Source: Escherichia coli
GTDB lineage: Bacteria > Pseudomonadota > Gammaproteobacteria > Enterobacterales > Enterobacteriaceae
Assembly: GCF_051903065.1 (NCBI RefSeq)
Contig: NZ_CP178438.1
Direction: 5' to 3' (one strand)
Length of the DNA stretch: 64,000 bases
In this document: positions 1 to 9,915 of the stretch, in pieces
How positions within the stretch are numbered: position 1 is the stretch's first letter
How the letters are laid out: the number at the start of each line of letters is the position of its first letter
The notes under the pieces: generated by a model
Database searches by the model: none
What the model was told of the DNA's origin: nothing
What the model saw: the letters and a program-made list of their open reading frames with translations, nothing else
Translations under genes and position numbers: made by a program

Positions 1-2611
1 CGCCGAGCGTTTGCGGTGCCTGCAGCATCTGGGTAATTACCGCCTGCTGGATTTGCGCAAACTCATCTGGCTTCATCGCTCGCAATTTTGCCTCTGCGGT
101 TGGGAAAAACGCCTTGTAACGCTCCCACAAGAATGAAGGCTGTTTATCATTGCTTTGCAAAAGGAAGCCCATGCCCCACTGACGCCCCACGCTCATTGGA
201 AACGCAAACACGGCATAGCCCAACTGTTCTTCGGTACGCAACTGATTGTAGAACCACGGCTGTACGATCTGCCCCAACAGAGAGCTATAGGCTGAGCTGG
301 TGTATTCATCGTAGCCAGTCGGTACAAATACCGCTGCCAGTGCGGAGTCGGTGCTGTTACCGGCTTTTTCAAAGATGACGGATTGTTTTTTATCGACCAC
401 TACATCTTTGTTTCGACACCACTCTGAACCATCAGCGCCCAACTGTTTTTGCACATCGCGTGCCAGCGTTGTTGCCTGGGCCTCGGTCATGTTGCCGATA
501 ACCATAAACTCTGGTCGAGCCCCTGATTTTAAGGCGTCGCGATAGGCCAGCACCTCTTTCAACGTAATGGAGGGCAAAATTTTACGCCGTTCATCTCGCG
601 AGAAGTACGGCACTTGCGAGAGCATCTGCGCGGGCATAATCGCCTGCTCAAACGCTTTACCCTTTTCTGCGGAATCCATCATCTGGTTATACCAGGACTT
701 CGCCTGCTCAAGCTGATCTTCCGTAGCGGTATAGCTAAAGTACCCCTCGAGCAATGCCTGGAACAGCTGCGGCAGACGCTGGGTGTAACCATTAGCATTA
801 ACCATAAGGCCGTTGTTAGCGTTGGTGGAAAAACTTATGCCACCAACCGACGCCTGGTTGCTTAACTGATCAAGCGCCAGCCCTGCGAGATAATCATTGA
901 GCGCAAACATCACCTGATTGCGGGCGCTGTCCATGGCTTTCGGATTACGCAAAATCAGGCTGACATCAGCTTTGGGTTCGCTGGAAAAATAACGGCTTGG
1001 CGCATACACCACGCGCAGATTCGACTCATCAACAATCAGCTCTGGATGGTCATATTTCTTCTCTGACTTAATCAGCGAGAAATCGTCAGGAATATAGGGG
1101 TTAAGCTCCGGTAAGGAGAGCGCAATATTGGCAGCTTTTTGCTGCCAGTCAGCGAAAGTTTGTTCGCTGATTTTATCGACCTGATACGGCGCATCGACAA
1201 AATAAGCCGTTTTATTGTGCGGCTCTTTCGGGCTGATATACCAGATACGCGCATTCTGCGGCGTCATCATCGCCAGACGTTCTTTTACTGCTTTAGCATC
1301 GTACCGATCGGCAATATTGACTGCATCCAGCGTATGCTCAACCGGAACGCGAATCATGGTATCTGCCAGCCATTCGACGTAATCCATATCACGGGTGATC
1401 GACGGATAACGGAAGTCGATATCCAGCACATTCGCCAGTTCATCGAAGTATTGTTTATCAATGCCTTTTTCACGTAACAGATTGAGATAGCTAAAAATTG
1501 CCGCCACAACCTGATCGCGATTAGCCAGGCCTTTATCGGTTAAAGACGCAGAGATCGCTAATACGCCGCTGTTGCCGTTGACGATAGGATCGGAGTTGGC
1601 GCTAATGCCCTCAACTAATCCCTGCTTTTGCAGCCAGTCAGAAAGTGTACCTGGGCTGCGATTGCCAATCAGATAGGTAATCAATTCATCGGTTTTACTA
1701 CGGAACTTCGCTGAGTTGTTATCGATGCGAAACTCAACGCGCAACACTTTACGCGGCAGCGCCGGGACGTAATGAATGATAATGCCCTTTTGCGCGTCGG
1801 TGACTACCGGCACGGTGATTTCCGGTTTTTTGCTCTCTTTGTTCGGCACGCGACCAAAGGTGTCCGCCGCCATTTTTGCCAACTCCGGCAGCGGTTTATT
1901 ACTGTAAATAACCGCCTTCATCAGATTGGCGGAATAGTACTTCTCGTGGAAATCTTTCAGCGCCTGCTGCACCGGATTACCAGGTTTGTCGCTTAAAGTT
2001 TCGAGGTTACCACCAGAAAACTTTGAACCGGGGTGTGCCGGGTTAATGGTTTCTGCGCTGACTTGTGCCATGCGCATCCCGTCACGCGTACGCGCCATGG
2101 TTAATTCGGCATTCACCGCATTACGCTCACGTTCGGCGTATTTCTTGTCGAGCAAGGGTTCTGCAATAGCGTCCGCCAGGCGGTCTACCGCACCGGGCAA
2201 GGCGTCGTTCTCAACTTCCAGATAGAAAGCCGTGCGATACGGTGCCGTGCTGGCATTGTGGCTGCCACCGTGCATTTTGAGATATTCGGCCAGACTGTCA
2301 GCCTGCGGGTACTTTTTCGACCCCATCAGACTCATATGTTCAAGGTAATGTGCCAGCCCCTGGTACGCCTCGGGATCTTCCAGCGACCCAACGGGCACCA
2401 CCAGCGCCGAGAGCGATTTAACTGCCTGCCGATCAGAAACCAGCAAGACCACCATACCGTTATCCAGACGTATAGCCTGATACTGGCGGTTATCTTTATC
2501 ACTTTTACGGATGGTTTCCTGAATCGGCTGCCATCCCGTTTCTGCCTGACTTAAGGGTGCCCAGAGGGCAACAAACAACAATAATGCTTTGAACCAGGTG
2601 CTGCGGGGCAT
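1..2611 (-). CDS. ptrA: Protease III (pitrilysin), C-terminal part runs off window start
   Basis: Minus-strand translation from about 2611 begins MPRSTWFKALLLFVALWAPLSQAETGWQPIQ (signal peptide). Absent from ORF track because the stop lies outside the window. Position upstream of recC matches the ptrA-recC arrangement. Confidence 0.85.
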   Translation of the reverse strand, partial: MPRSTWFKALLLFVALWAPLSQAETGWQPIQETIRKSDKDNRQYQAIRLDNGMVVLLVSDRQAVKSLSALVVPVGSLEDPEAYQGLAHYLEHMSLMGSKKYPQADSLAEYLKMHGGSHNASTAPYRTAFYLEVENDALPGAVDRLADAIAEPLLDKKYAERERNAVNAELTMARTRDGMRMAQVSAETINPAHPGSKFSGGNLETLSDKPGNPVQQALKDFHEKYYSANLMKAVIYSNKPLPELAKMAADTFGRVPNKESKKPEITVPVVTDAQKGIIIHYVPALPRKVLRVEFRIDNNSAKFRSKTDELITYLIGNRSPGTLSDWLQKQGLVEGISANSDPIVNGNSGVLAISASLTDKGLANRDQVVAAIFSYLNLLREKGIDKQYFDELANVLDIDFRYPSITRDMDYVEWLADTMIRVPVEHTLDAVNIADRYDAKAVKERLAMMTPQNARIWYISPKEPHNKTAYFVDAPYQVDKISEQTFADWQQKAANIALSLPELNPYIPDDFSLIKSEKKYDHPELIVDESNLRVVYAPSRYFSSEPKADVSLILRNPKAMDSARNQVMFALNDYLAGLALDQLSNQASVGGISFSTNANNGLMVNANGYTQRLPQLFQALLEGYFSYTATEDQLEQAKSWYNQMMDSAEKGKAFEQAIMPAQMLSQVPYFSRDERRKILPSITLKEVLAYRDALKSGARPEFMVIGNMTEAQATTLARDVQKQLGADGSEWCRNKDVVVDKKQSVIFEKAGNSTDSALAAVFVPTGYDEYTSSAYSSLLGQIVQPWFYNQLRTEEQLGYAVFAFPMSVGRQWGMGFLLQSNDKQPSFLWERYKAFFPTAEAKLRAMKPDEFAQIQQAVITQMLQAPQTLG

Positions 2612-2786
2612 TCACGGACCTCATAATCAACTTTATTTTCTGGCCAGATTCAACAGGTTAACGCAAATCATCTGCCAGAATTTAATCTTGTGCTGCACGA
2701 GTCAGCCTATGTTTATATAACCATCAGTCCGTGACTGGTGCGCATCATAAAGTAAGCGGATGGATTGCGCAATTTTTATACAACAC

Positions 2787-5700
2787 TCATGACTGATTAA
2801 AACGAAACAGCGGTAACAGGAAACGTTGCGACTGTTCAACGATGGCCTCCATTGTCTCTGGTGTTAATTGCCGCCAGAGCCGTTGATACCAGATATCATC
2901 ACCTTCGCCACGCACCATCATGTTGCCTTCGTAAGCCTGAAGGAATTTCGTACGGGCTTTTTGCAACGTGGAATCGTCATCCAGCATGGCATCGTTTTGC
3001 GCGTCATAACAGGTTTTTAGCCACGCGCCGCCACTTTCAGGTAACACCAGCAATGGCGCGGACATCCCTTCACGATACCCCTCAATCAGTTGTGAGAGGT
3101 AATGCAAAGCCTGTTCGGCTGCAAGCGGCGGAAAACGCCACTCGCCGTCTTTGCGTAGAAAAAGGCGACTTTCACCATTACCACCGCTGGCACAGTAGAC
3201 AAGGTGTTCCAGCCAAAGTTGCATTCCCTGCGCCACACTTAATAAAGAGGGACGCCAGCGCAACAAGCCATCCGGCTGCACCTGCGGCAACCAGCCAGTT
3301 ATCTGCACACCGTTGCAAGCGAGATCAATTTCCATACTCTGCCCCGGCTGGCGACAGGCAATGACTCTGTCGGCAAGCTGCTGCATCTCCTGGCACTGTG
3401 TTTCCCAGAAAATTTCACCAAAAGCGCCATACGGTAAATCCCCTGCCGCCCGGAAGCGGCGGAACAAGCGTTCGGCATCATCCTGCTCAACCAGTGCATT
3501 CAATAACTGCTGATTGATTTGATAACGGCTAAGTCCTTCCAGAATAAATGGCTCGGTGTCGGGGATTTCGCTGTCTTCGGTACGGAAGTTCACCTGCAAA
3601 CGCATCTGGAAAAATGCCCGCACCGGATGTGCCCAGAATCGTTGTAGCGTTTCCAGCGGCACGGTTTCCGGTAAGGTAAACGGCAGCGGCTGAACAAATT
3701 CAGAATGTGCTTTACCAGCCTGGCTGGCCGCAGGTAGCCATTCACGAGCATAGCTTTGTCGTTCGCCTGGCTGATAGTTTTGTGGATCAAACGGCATTCG
3801 GGTATGGAGGCAAGTAAGATGCGCTTTTACCCTTGCCTCGCTTTCATCACAGTTGAGCGCTTCATCGCCCGGTAGATAATGACTTTGCCCGATGTAGTCG
3901 ATCAGTTCCTGCACCAGTACCGACGGGAAACGTTCACTGTTATCCTGAATGGAACGCCCGATATAGCTGATATAGAGTTTTTGCTGCGCGGAAATTAACG
4001 CTTCCAGGAACAGATAGCGGTCGTCATCGCGACGGCTACGGTCGCCACGCTTCGGTTTCTGGCTCATCAGGTCAAAGCCCAATGGCGCAAGCTGACGTGG
4101 ATAAACGCCGTCGTTCATTCCCAGCAGGCAAACCACTTTGAACGGAATTGAACGCATTGGCATCAGAGTACAAATGTTAACCGGTCCGGCGAGAAAACGC
4201 TGGCTGATACGTTCTTGATCCAGGCGCTGTGCCAGTTCATCACGCAATAGTGACAACGGCACCGCGTCGCCATACTGCGCACCTAAACCTTCGGCGATAA
4301 TCGCCTGCCATTGTTGTTCGATCAGCGTCATCGCCGCTTCGGTTTCCGCATCCGGCAGGAAGAAGGCGTTGAGCATATCGCGACAAACCGGCAACCACTC
4401 TTCCAGCGGACGCTCCTGTGCCAGCCCGCGACGCCAGATGTTTAGCTGCATTAGCAGTGAAGCCAGATGCCCCACCAGTTCTGCAATTAAGCCGCTCGAT
4501 TCATCATAAGGTAGAACCGATTGCCACTCGCCCTGCGCGCTCTCCATCGCGTAGCCCAACAACATACGCGTCAGGCCAAATCGCCAGGTGTGTTGTCCGG
4601 TGGCGGGGAGTTCCAGCTCGCGAACGTTGTCGTCATCTATCCCCCAACGAATGCCGGATTCGTTGACCCACTGACGTAAATAACGCAGCCCTTCTTCGGT
4701 GATGTCAAACCGCGCCGCCAGCACCGGCACATCCAGTAATGCCAGCACGTCTTCCGACACAAAGCGGCTGTCTGGCAACGATAACAGGCTGATAAACGCT
4801 TCAAGTACAGGATGCGACTGCCGCGCCCGACGGTCGGAAATGGCGTAAGGCAGGTAACGATCCGCAGGTGCGCTACCAAACACAGCCTGAATAAACGGAC
4901 TGTAGCTGTCGATATCAGCCACCATCACGATGATGTCGCGCGGAGTAAGTGTCGGGTCTTCTTCCAGCATCGCCAGCAGGCGATCGTGTAAAACTTCAAC
5001 TTCACGCTGCGGGCTATGGCAAACGTGGAAGGTGATACTGCTATCCAGTGGATCAAGCGGACGTTTGTTATCGCTACGGGAAAACTCTTCGATGTTCACA
5101 CCAGCAACGGCGCGGTTTTCCAGTTCCAGAATGTCAGACTGAATGTTATGCAGCAGGTTATCTGGCGTCACATCGACAAAAGCATCCAGCTCCTGGCTGC
5201 TCTCCAGGTCAGAAAGGAGATAAATGTAGTCGCGCCCAAGCTTGCCCCATGAGGCCAGCAGCGGGTTGCCGACATCCTGTTCACCATCGCTGTTAAAGAG
5301 CTGCCCGGCATTTTCGCTGTCGCGAAATAGCGGTAATTCGCGATCTTCAAAACTGTGTCGGCGCTGGCGAGTCAGTAGTTTCGCCAGATAAGCAGGATCT
5401 TTAATGTCGCCCCAGTAATAACGGCAGGGGTTGGTAAACAGGAGATGGATTTCAATATGTTTACCCAGCGCCTGGAGCGCCTGGAGATAAACAGGCGGTA
5501 ACGCGGAAATACCGCATATAAAGACGCGCGAAGGTAACCCCGGCGGGCAGGTCGCCGCGGACTCCAGCGTTTCGATAAAGCGCTGATAGAGATTGGCGCG
5601 GTGCCAGCGCGGTTGTCCGAGTTGATGGGTATATTCCACCAGCGCCTTCCACAACGGCGCTTGCCAGGCCTGTGCCTCTCCCAGCCCTTCAACCAAATGT

Positions 5701-6155
5701 CCTGTTTCCCACTGTGCCAGCCAGTCCGGACGATAGACCAGATACTGGTCAAACAGGTCCGCCGCTTTTGAGGAAAGCTGGAACAGCTTTCGCTTGTCGC
5801 TATCGTCAGTCAGATAATGCCGCAACAGGGTAAAGTCTTCGCGCTCCAGCAATTGCGGCAGCAGAGTCATCAGTTTCCAGCTCATGCTCTGTTTGTTAAA
5901 GGCGCTCTCTTTGGGGATCTCCGGTAACACCCGGACGAACATATCCCAGATAAAGCTCGCAGGCAGCGGAAAATCAATGTTTGCCGCAATACCAAACTTT
6001 TGCGACAGGGTCATTTGCAGCCACTGTGCCATACCGGTACTTTGCACCAGAATCATCTCTGGTTCGAAAGGATCGTCCAGCCGTTCGCGTTCGACAATAA
6101 ACTCCATCAACGCTTCCAGCACGTCCAGACGATTGGAATGGTAGACCCTTAACAT
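2787..6155 (-). CDS. recC: Exodeoxyribonuclease V gamma subunit RecC
   Basis: 1122-aa ORF in track; length and N-terminus MLRVYHSNRLDVLEALM match RecC. Confidence 0.95.
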   Translation of the reverse strand: MLRVYHSNRLDVLEALMEFIVERERLDDPFEPEMILVQSTGMAQWLQMTLSQKFGIAANIDFPLPASFIWDMFVRVLPEIPKESAFNKQSMSWKLMTLLPQLLEREDFTLLRHYLTDDSDKRKLFQLSSKAADLFDQYLVYRPDWLAQWETGHLVEGLGEAQAWQAPLWKALVEYTHQLGQPRWHRANLYQRFIETLESAATCPPGLPSRVFICGISALPPVYLQALQALGKHIEIHLLFTNPCRYYWGDIKDPAYLAKLLTRQRRHSFEDRELPLFRDSENAGQLFNSDGEQDVGNPLLASWGKLGRDYIYLLSDLESSQELDAFVDVTPDNLLHNIQSDILELENRAVAGVNIEEFSRSDNKRPLDPLDSSITFHVCHSPQREVEVLHDRLLAMLEEDPTLTPRDIIVMVADIDSYSPFIQAVFGSAPADRYLPYAISDRRARQSHPVLEAFISLLSLPDSRFVSEDVLALLDVPVLAARFDITEEGLRYLRQWVNESGIRWGIDDDNVRELELPATGQHTWRFGLTRMLLGYAMESAQGEWQSVLPYDESSGLIAELVGHLASLLMQLNIWRRGLAQERPLEEWLPVCRDMLNAFFLPDAETEAAMTLIEQQWQAIIAEGLGAQYGDAVPLSLLRDELAQRLDQERISQRFLAGPVNICTLMPMRSIPFKVVCLLGMNDGVYPRQLAPLGFDLMSQKPKRGDRSRRDDDRYLFLEALISAQQKLYISYIGRSIQDNSERFPSVLVQELIDYIGQSHYLPGDEALNCDESEARVKAHLTCLHTRMPFDPQNYQPGERQSYAREWLPAASQAGKAHSEFVQPLPFTLPETVPLETLQRFWAHPVRAFFQMRLQVNFRTEDSEIPDTEPFILEGLSRYQINQQLLNALVEQDDAERLFRRFRAAGDLPYGAFGEIFWETQCQEMQQLADRVIACRQPGQSMEIDLACNGVQITGWLPQVQPDGLLRWRPSLLSVAQGMQLWLEHLVYCASGGNGESRLFLRKDGEWRFPPLAAEQALHYLSQLIEGYREGMSAPLLVLPESGGAWLKTCYDAQNDAMLDDDSTLQKARTKFLQAYEGNMMVRGEGDDIWYQRLWRQLTPETMEAIVEQSQRFLLPLFRFNQS

Positions 6156-6167
6156 AGCGGCTCCTGA

Positions 6168-6491
6168 CTACTGACGATTCGGGCAATGCAGGCGGGTCAT
6201 CTCGCCTGCTCTGCCCCCGGGTGAAACTAGCGTAACGCTGATGCTGACACATCCCGCCTGCGATGTCTGCATTCGGTTGACCTGCCAGTTGGCAGGTGGC
6301 GAAATCGCGCGCAGTTGCGTTTGCTGCCAGCCATGCCGCCAGAGCTGTTGGTACTGGTTTCTGCTGGCAAGACTGTTCATTAATGTTCGCTGGAAACCCG
6401 ATAACGCAGTGACAATCATCACCATCAACACCATCGCCAACATTACCTCCGGCAGGCTAAAGCCTTGTTGATTCTTCAGGGAAGCTGACAT
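6168..6491 (-). CDS. ppdC: Prepilin peptidase-dependent protein C
   Basis: Internal start [20 protein letters not shown] within listed 136-aa ORF gives 107 aa; prepilin-type N-terminus. Confidence 0.8.
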   Translation of the reverse strand: MSASLKNQQGFSLPEVMLAMVLMVMIVTALSGFQRTLMNSLASRNQYQQLWRHGWQQTQLRAISPPANWQVNRMQTSQAGCVSISVTLVSPGGRAGEMTRLHCPNRQ

Positions 6492-6883
6492 AACGCCCTC
6501 TCTTTCAGCGGACAAAAATCGCTCCAGCCGCGTGGCGAAAAAACAATGTTTCCATCGATGACTTCGCCTGTTCGCCACAACGAAACGCCTTCATAACCGG
6601 CAATCAATAAGGCTTCATTATCTGCCAATAAACGCAGACAAACCCGGGCACCGGTGGCAGCGTACAGTAAGCACTGAACTGCGGGCTGCGTCTGCCAGGA
6701 GTGCATTTTTCCCCACGCCAGCGCCGACTGAACGATGGCCTGGCGGCGCAATGACTGACTTTCCATGCTCACGCGAGAGGCAAAACTGCGATCCTGTTGG
6801 CTCATTCCTTGTAATAGCAAGCTACCCAAAACCAGCAGCATCAGGACCAGAGCCAGTGACGAAACACCCTTTTCGCGGTTCAC
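6476..6883 (-). CDS. ygdB: Putative pseudopilin-cluster protein YgdB
   Basis: 135-aa ORF with hydrophobic N-terminus, in the ppd cluster. Confidence 0.8.
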   Translation of the reverse strand: MNREKGVSSLALVLMLLVLGSLLLQGMSQQDRSFASRVSMESQSLRRQAIVQSALAWGKMHSWQTQPAVQCLLYAATGARVCLRLLADNEALLIAGYEGVSLWRTGEVIDGNIVFSPRGWSDFCPLKERALCQLP

Positions 6884-7443
6884 AGGTTGAATCCTGTCAC
6901 GCTATAGCTGGCATTCACCACGGTTTGCGGTTCAGACTTACTGGCAGCACGCATATTAACCGTCAACACCGGCGAGAAGCCGCTGACATCCTGACGTACG
7001 ACCTGAAAAGTGTCGATAATGATGGCATCCGGATTAGTGACTTTATCCCAGCCCTTACCTTCACAGGATGTCGCACCGCGTAGCGTTTCCAGCACATGCT
7101 CCTTCAGACGAAATCCAATCTGGTCGGACTCTTTTACCGGTTCGCGATCCCAGATACCGTTACTGTTCGCATCCCACTGCACAATGATACAGTCACCCTG
7201 TCCGACAATTTCCAGCCCTTCGCCGGTACAGATGCCATGACAATAACCCGCCCTCTGGATATGCTTCGCGACAGTAAATACCCGCAGCCAGATTTCATCT
7301 TCCAGTGCCAGCTTACGGGTGCTCGTTAAACTTTCACGCTGTAACGCAGGCAGAAAGCGTGCAGCCCCCAACAACAATACGCTACTGATCGCCATAGCAA
7401 TCAACACTTCCAGCAGAGAAAAACCTTGCTCTTTTACAGGCAT
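6880..7443 (-). CDS. ppdB: Prepilin peptidase-dependent protein B
   Basis: Internal start [17 protein letters not shown] gives 187 aa; listed 267-aa ORF is an alternative-start extension. Confidence 0.8.
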   Translation of the reverse strand: MPVKEQGFSLLEVLIAMAISSVLLLGAARFLPALQRESLTSTRKLALEDEIWLRVFTVAKHIQRAGYCHGICTGEGLEIVGQGDCIIVQWDANSNGIWDREPVKESDQIGFRLKEHVLETLRGATSCEGKGWDKVTNPDAIIIDTFQVVRQDVSGFSPVLTVNMRAASKSEPQTVVNASYSVTGFNL

Positions 7444-7904
7444 CCTTCTGTTTCTCCTTGCTGACAAAGCCGGAGTCTTCCCCACGGCGAAACCACCAGC
7501 CACCACTCGCCCGTTGAGTTTTTGAAGCGAATATGCCCGGCCCATGCGGTATTGCGTAGGCCAAAGAAAGCAAGCGAAGGTGTCAGGTCGCTCATTTCGA
7601 CTTCGGGCCAGCGTGGCACAAAGACCAATGGTGAACTGCCATGACAGGTATTCGCCCCAGCAACGGAACTCACAAGGCACCATAACGTCCCCTCCCTGAT
7701 AACACTGATACTGTGGTCGCGGTTATGCCAGTTGGCATCTTCACGTAAATAGAGCAAATAGTCCCGCGCCTGGCTGGCGGTTTGCCAAAGCCGTTGCGAC
7801 TGCTGCCAGTATTGCCAGCCATAGAGTCCACTTGCGCTTAGCATGACCAGAATCAGCATCGCGACCAGCGTTTCAATCAGCGTATAACCACGTTGTGTTT
7901 TCAT
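7434..7904 (-). CDS. ppdA: Prepilin peptidase-dependent protein A
   Basis: 156-aa ORF starting [17 protein letters not shown] (prepilin-like). Confidence 0.85.
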   Translation of the reverse strand: MKTQRGYTLIETLVAMLILVMLSASGLYGWQYWQQSQRLWQTASQARDYLLYLREDANWHNRDHSISVIREGTLWCLVSSVAGANTCHGSSPLVFVPRWPEVEMSDLTPSLAFFGLRNTAWAGHIRFKNSTGEWWLVVSPWGRLRLCQQGETEGCL

Positions 7905-8038
7905 GCCGGCAGTATGGAGCGAGGAGAAAAAAAGACGAGGGCCAGTTTCTATTTCTTCGGCGCATCTTCCGGACTATTTACGCCGTTGCAGGAGGTTGCA
8001 AAATTTCGGGAAGGCGTCTCGAAGAATTTAACGGAGGG

Positions 8039-8068
8039 TAAAAAAAACCGACGCACACTGGCGTCGGC
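8039..8068 (-). terminator. Rho-independent terminator downstream of thyA
   Basis: Hairpin ccgacgc-acact-gcgtcgg followed by a U-run on the minus strand. Confidence 0.6.
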
Positions 8069-8088
8069 TCTGGCAGGATGTTTCGTAA

Positions 8089-8883
8089 TTAGATAGCCAC
8101 CGGCGCTTTAATGCCCGGATGTGGATCGTATCCTTCAATCTCAAAGTCTTCGAAACGGTAGTCGAAGATGGATTCGGGTTTACGTTTGATAATCAACTTC
8201 GGCAGCGGACGCGGTTCGCGGCTTAATTGCAGATGAGTTTGATCCATATGGTTGCTGTACAGGTGCGTGTCGCCACCGGTCCAGACAAAATCACCCACTT
8301 CCAGATCGCACTGCTGCGCCATCATATGCACCAGTAACGCGTAGCTGGCAATGTTAAACGGCAGGCCGAGGAAGACGTCACAGGAGCGCTGATAAAGCTG
8401 ACAAGAGAGTTTGCCGTCTGCCACATAGAACTGGAAGAATGCATGGCACGGTGCCAGCGCCATTTTATCCAGTTCGCCTACGTTCCACGCTGAAACAATA
8501 ATGCGGCGCGAATCCGGGTCGTTTTTCAGCTGGTTCAGTACCGTAGTGATCTGGTCAATATGACGACCATCTGGCGTTGGCCAGGCGCGCCACTGTTTAC
8601 CATACACTGGCCCGAGGTCGCCGTTTTCATCGGCCCATTCGTCCCAGATGGTGACATTGTTTTCGTGTAGATAAGCAATGTTAGTGTCGCCCTGCAGAAA
8701 CCACAGCAGTTCATGGATGATGGAACGCAGGTGGCAACGTTTAGTTGTCACCAGCGGGAATCCATCCTGCAGGTTAAAACGCATCTGATGACCAAAAATG
8801 GAAAGCGTTCCGGTTCCGGTACGGTCGTTTTTCTGTGTGCCTTCGTCGAGCACTTTTTGCATCAGTTCTAAATACTGTTTCAT
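8089..8883 (-). CDS. thyA: Thymidylate synthase
   Basis: 264-aa [29 protein letters not shown]; exact ThyA length. Confidence 0.95.
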
Positions 8884-8889
8884 GGTTCC

Positions 8890-9765
8890 TCAGGAAACGT
8901 GTTGCTGTGGGCTGCGACGATATGCCCAGACCATCATGATCACACCCGCGACAATCATCGGGATGGAAAGAATTTGCCCCATGCTGATGTACTGCACCCA
9001 GGCACCGGTAAACTGCGCGTCGGGCTGGCGGAAAAACTCAACAATGATGCGAAACGCGCCGTAGCCAATCAGGAACAAGCCAGACACGGCTCCCATCGGG
9101 CGCGGTTTACGAATATACAGGTTGAGGATAATAAACAGCACCACACCTTCCAGCAGCAGCTCGTACAACTGTGACGGGTGGCGAGGCAGCACGCCGTAAG
9201 TATCAAAAATGGATTGCCACTGCGGATTGTTTTGCAGCAACAGAATATCTTCGGTACGGGAGCCCGGGAACAGCATGGCAAACGGGAAGTTCGGGTCAAC
9301 GCGGCCCCACAGTTCACCGTTAATAAAGTTGCCCAGACGCCCGGCGCCAAGACCAAACGGAATGAGCGGTGCTATAAAATCAGATACCTGGAAGAAGGAA
9401 CGTTTGGTGCGGCGGGCGAAGATAATCATCACCACAATTACGCCAATCAGGCCGCCATGGAAGGACATGCCGCCGTCCCAGACGCGAAACAGATACAGCG
9501 GATCAGCCATAAACTGCGGGAAGTTGTAGAACAGAACATACCCAATACGTCCGCCAAGGAAAACGCCAAGGAAGCCCGCATAGAGTAAGTTTTCAACTTC
9601 ATTTTTGGTCCAGCCGCTGCCCGGACGATTCGCCCGACGTGTTGCCAGCCACATTGCAAAAATGAAACCCACCAGATACATCAGGCCGTACCAGTGAAGC
9701 GCCACGGGTCCTATTGAGAAAATGACCGGATCAAACTCCGGAAAATGCAGATAGCTACTGGTCAT
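8890..9765 (-). CDS. lgt: Prolipoprotein diacylglyceryl transferase
   Basis: 291-aa polytopic membrane ORF immediately upstream of thyA, as in the lgt-thyA operon. Confidence 0.95.
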   Translation of the reverse strand: MTSSYLHFPEFDPVIFSIGPVALHWYGLMYLVGFIFAMWLATRRANRPGSGWTKNEVENLLYAGFLGVFLGGRIGYVLFYNFPQFMADPLYLFRVWDGGMSFHGGLIGVIVVMIIFARRTKRSFFQVSDFIAPLIPFGLGAGRLGNFINGELWGRVDPNFPFAMLFPGSRTEDILLLQNNPQWQSIFDTYGVLPRHPSQLYELLLEGVVLFIILNLYIRKPRPMGAVSGLFLIGYGAFRIIVEFFRQPDAQFTGAWVQYISMGQILSIPMIVAGVIMMVWAYRRSPQQHVS

Positions 9766-9915
9766 CTGTCACCACAAGTTCTTGTTATTTCGCTGAAAGA
9801 GAACAGCGATTGAAATGCGCGCCGCAGGTTTCAGGCGCTCCAAAGGTGCGAATAATAGCACAAGGGGACCTGGCTGGTTGCCGGATACCGTTAAAAGATA
9901 TGTATATGATCCGCG

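Noticed and set aside
88-2554. Plus-strand ORFs of 64-112 aa listed inside the ptrA region (88-378, 351-545, 614-865, 1139-1477, 1772-1996, 1986-2225, 2258-2554).
   Set aside because: They are antisense to the long uninterrupted ptrA frame, lack ribosome-binding sites and mostly use alternative starts; typical shadow ORFs.
2852-6144. Multiple 60-170-aa ORFs on both strands inside recC (e.g. 2852-3364 +, 5372-5752 -).
   Set aside because: Out-of-frame or antisense overlaps with a 1122-aa conserved gene; no independent signals.
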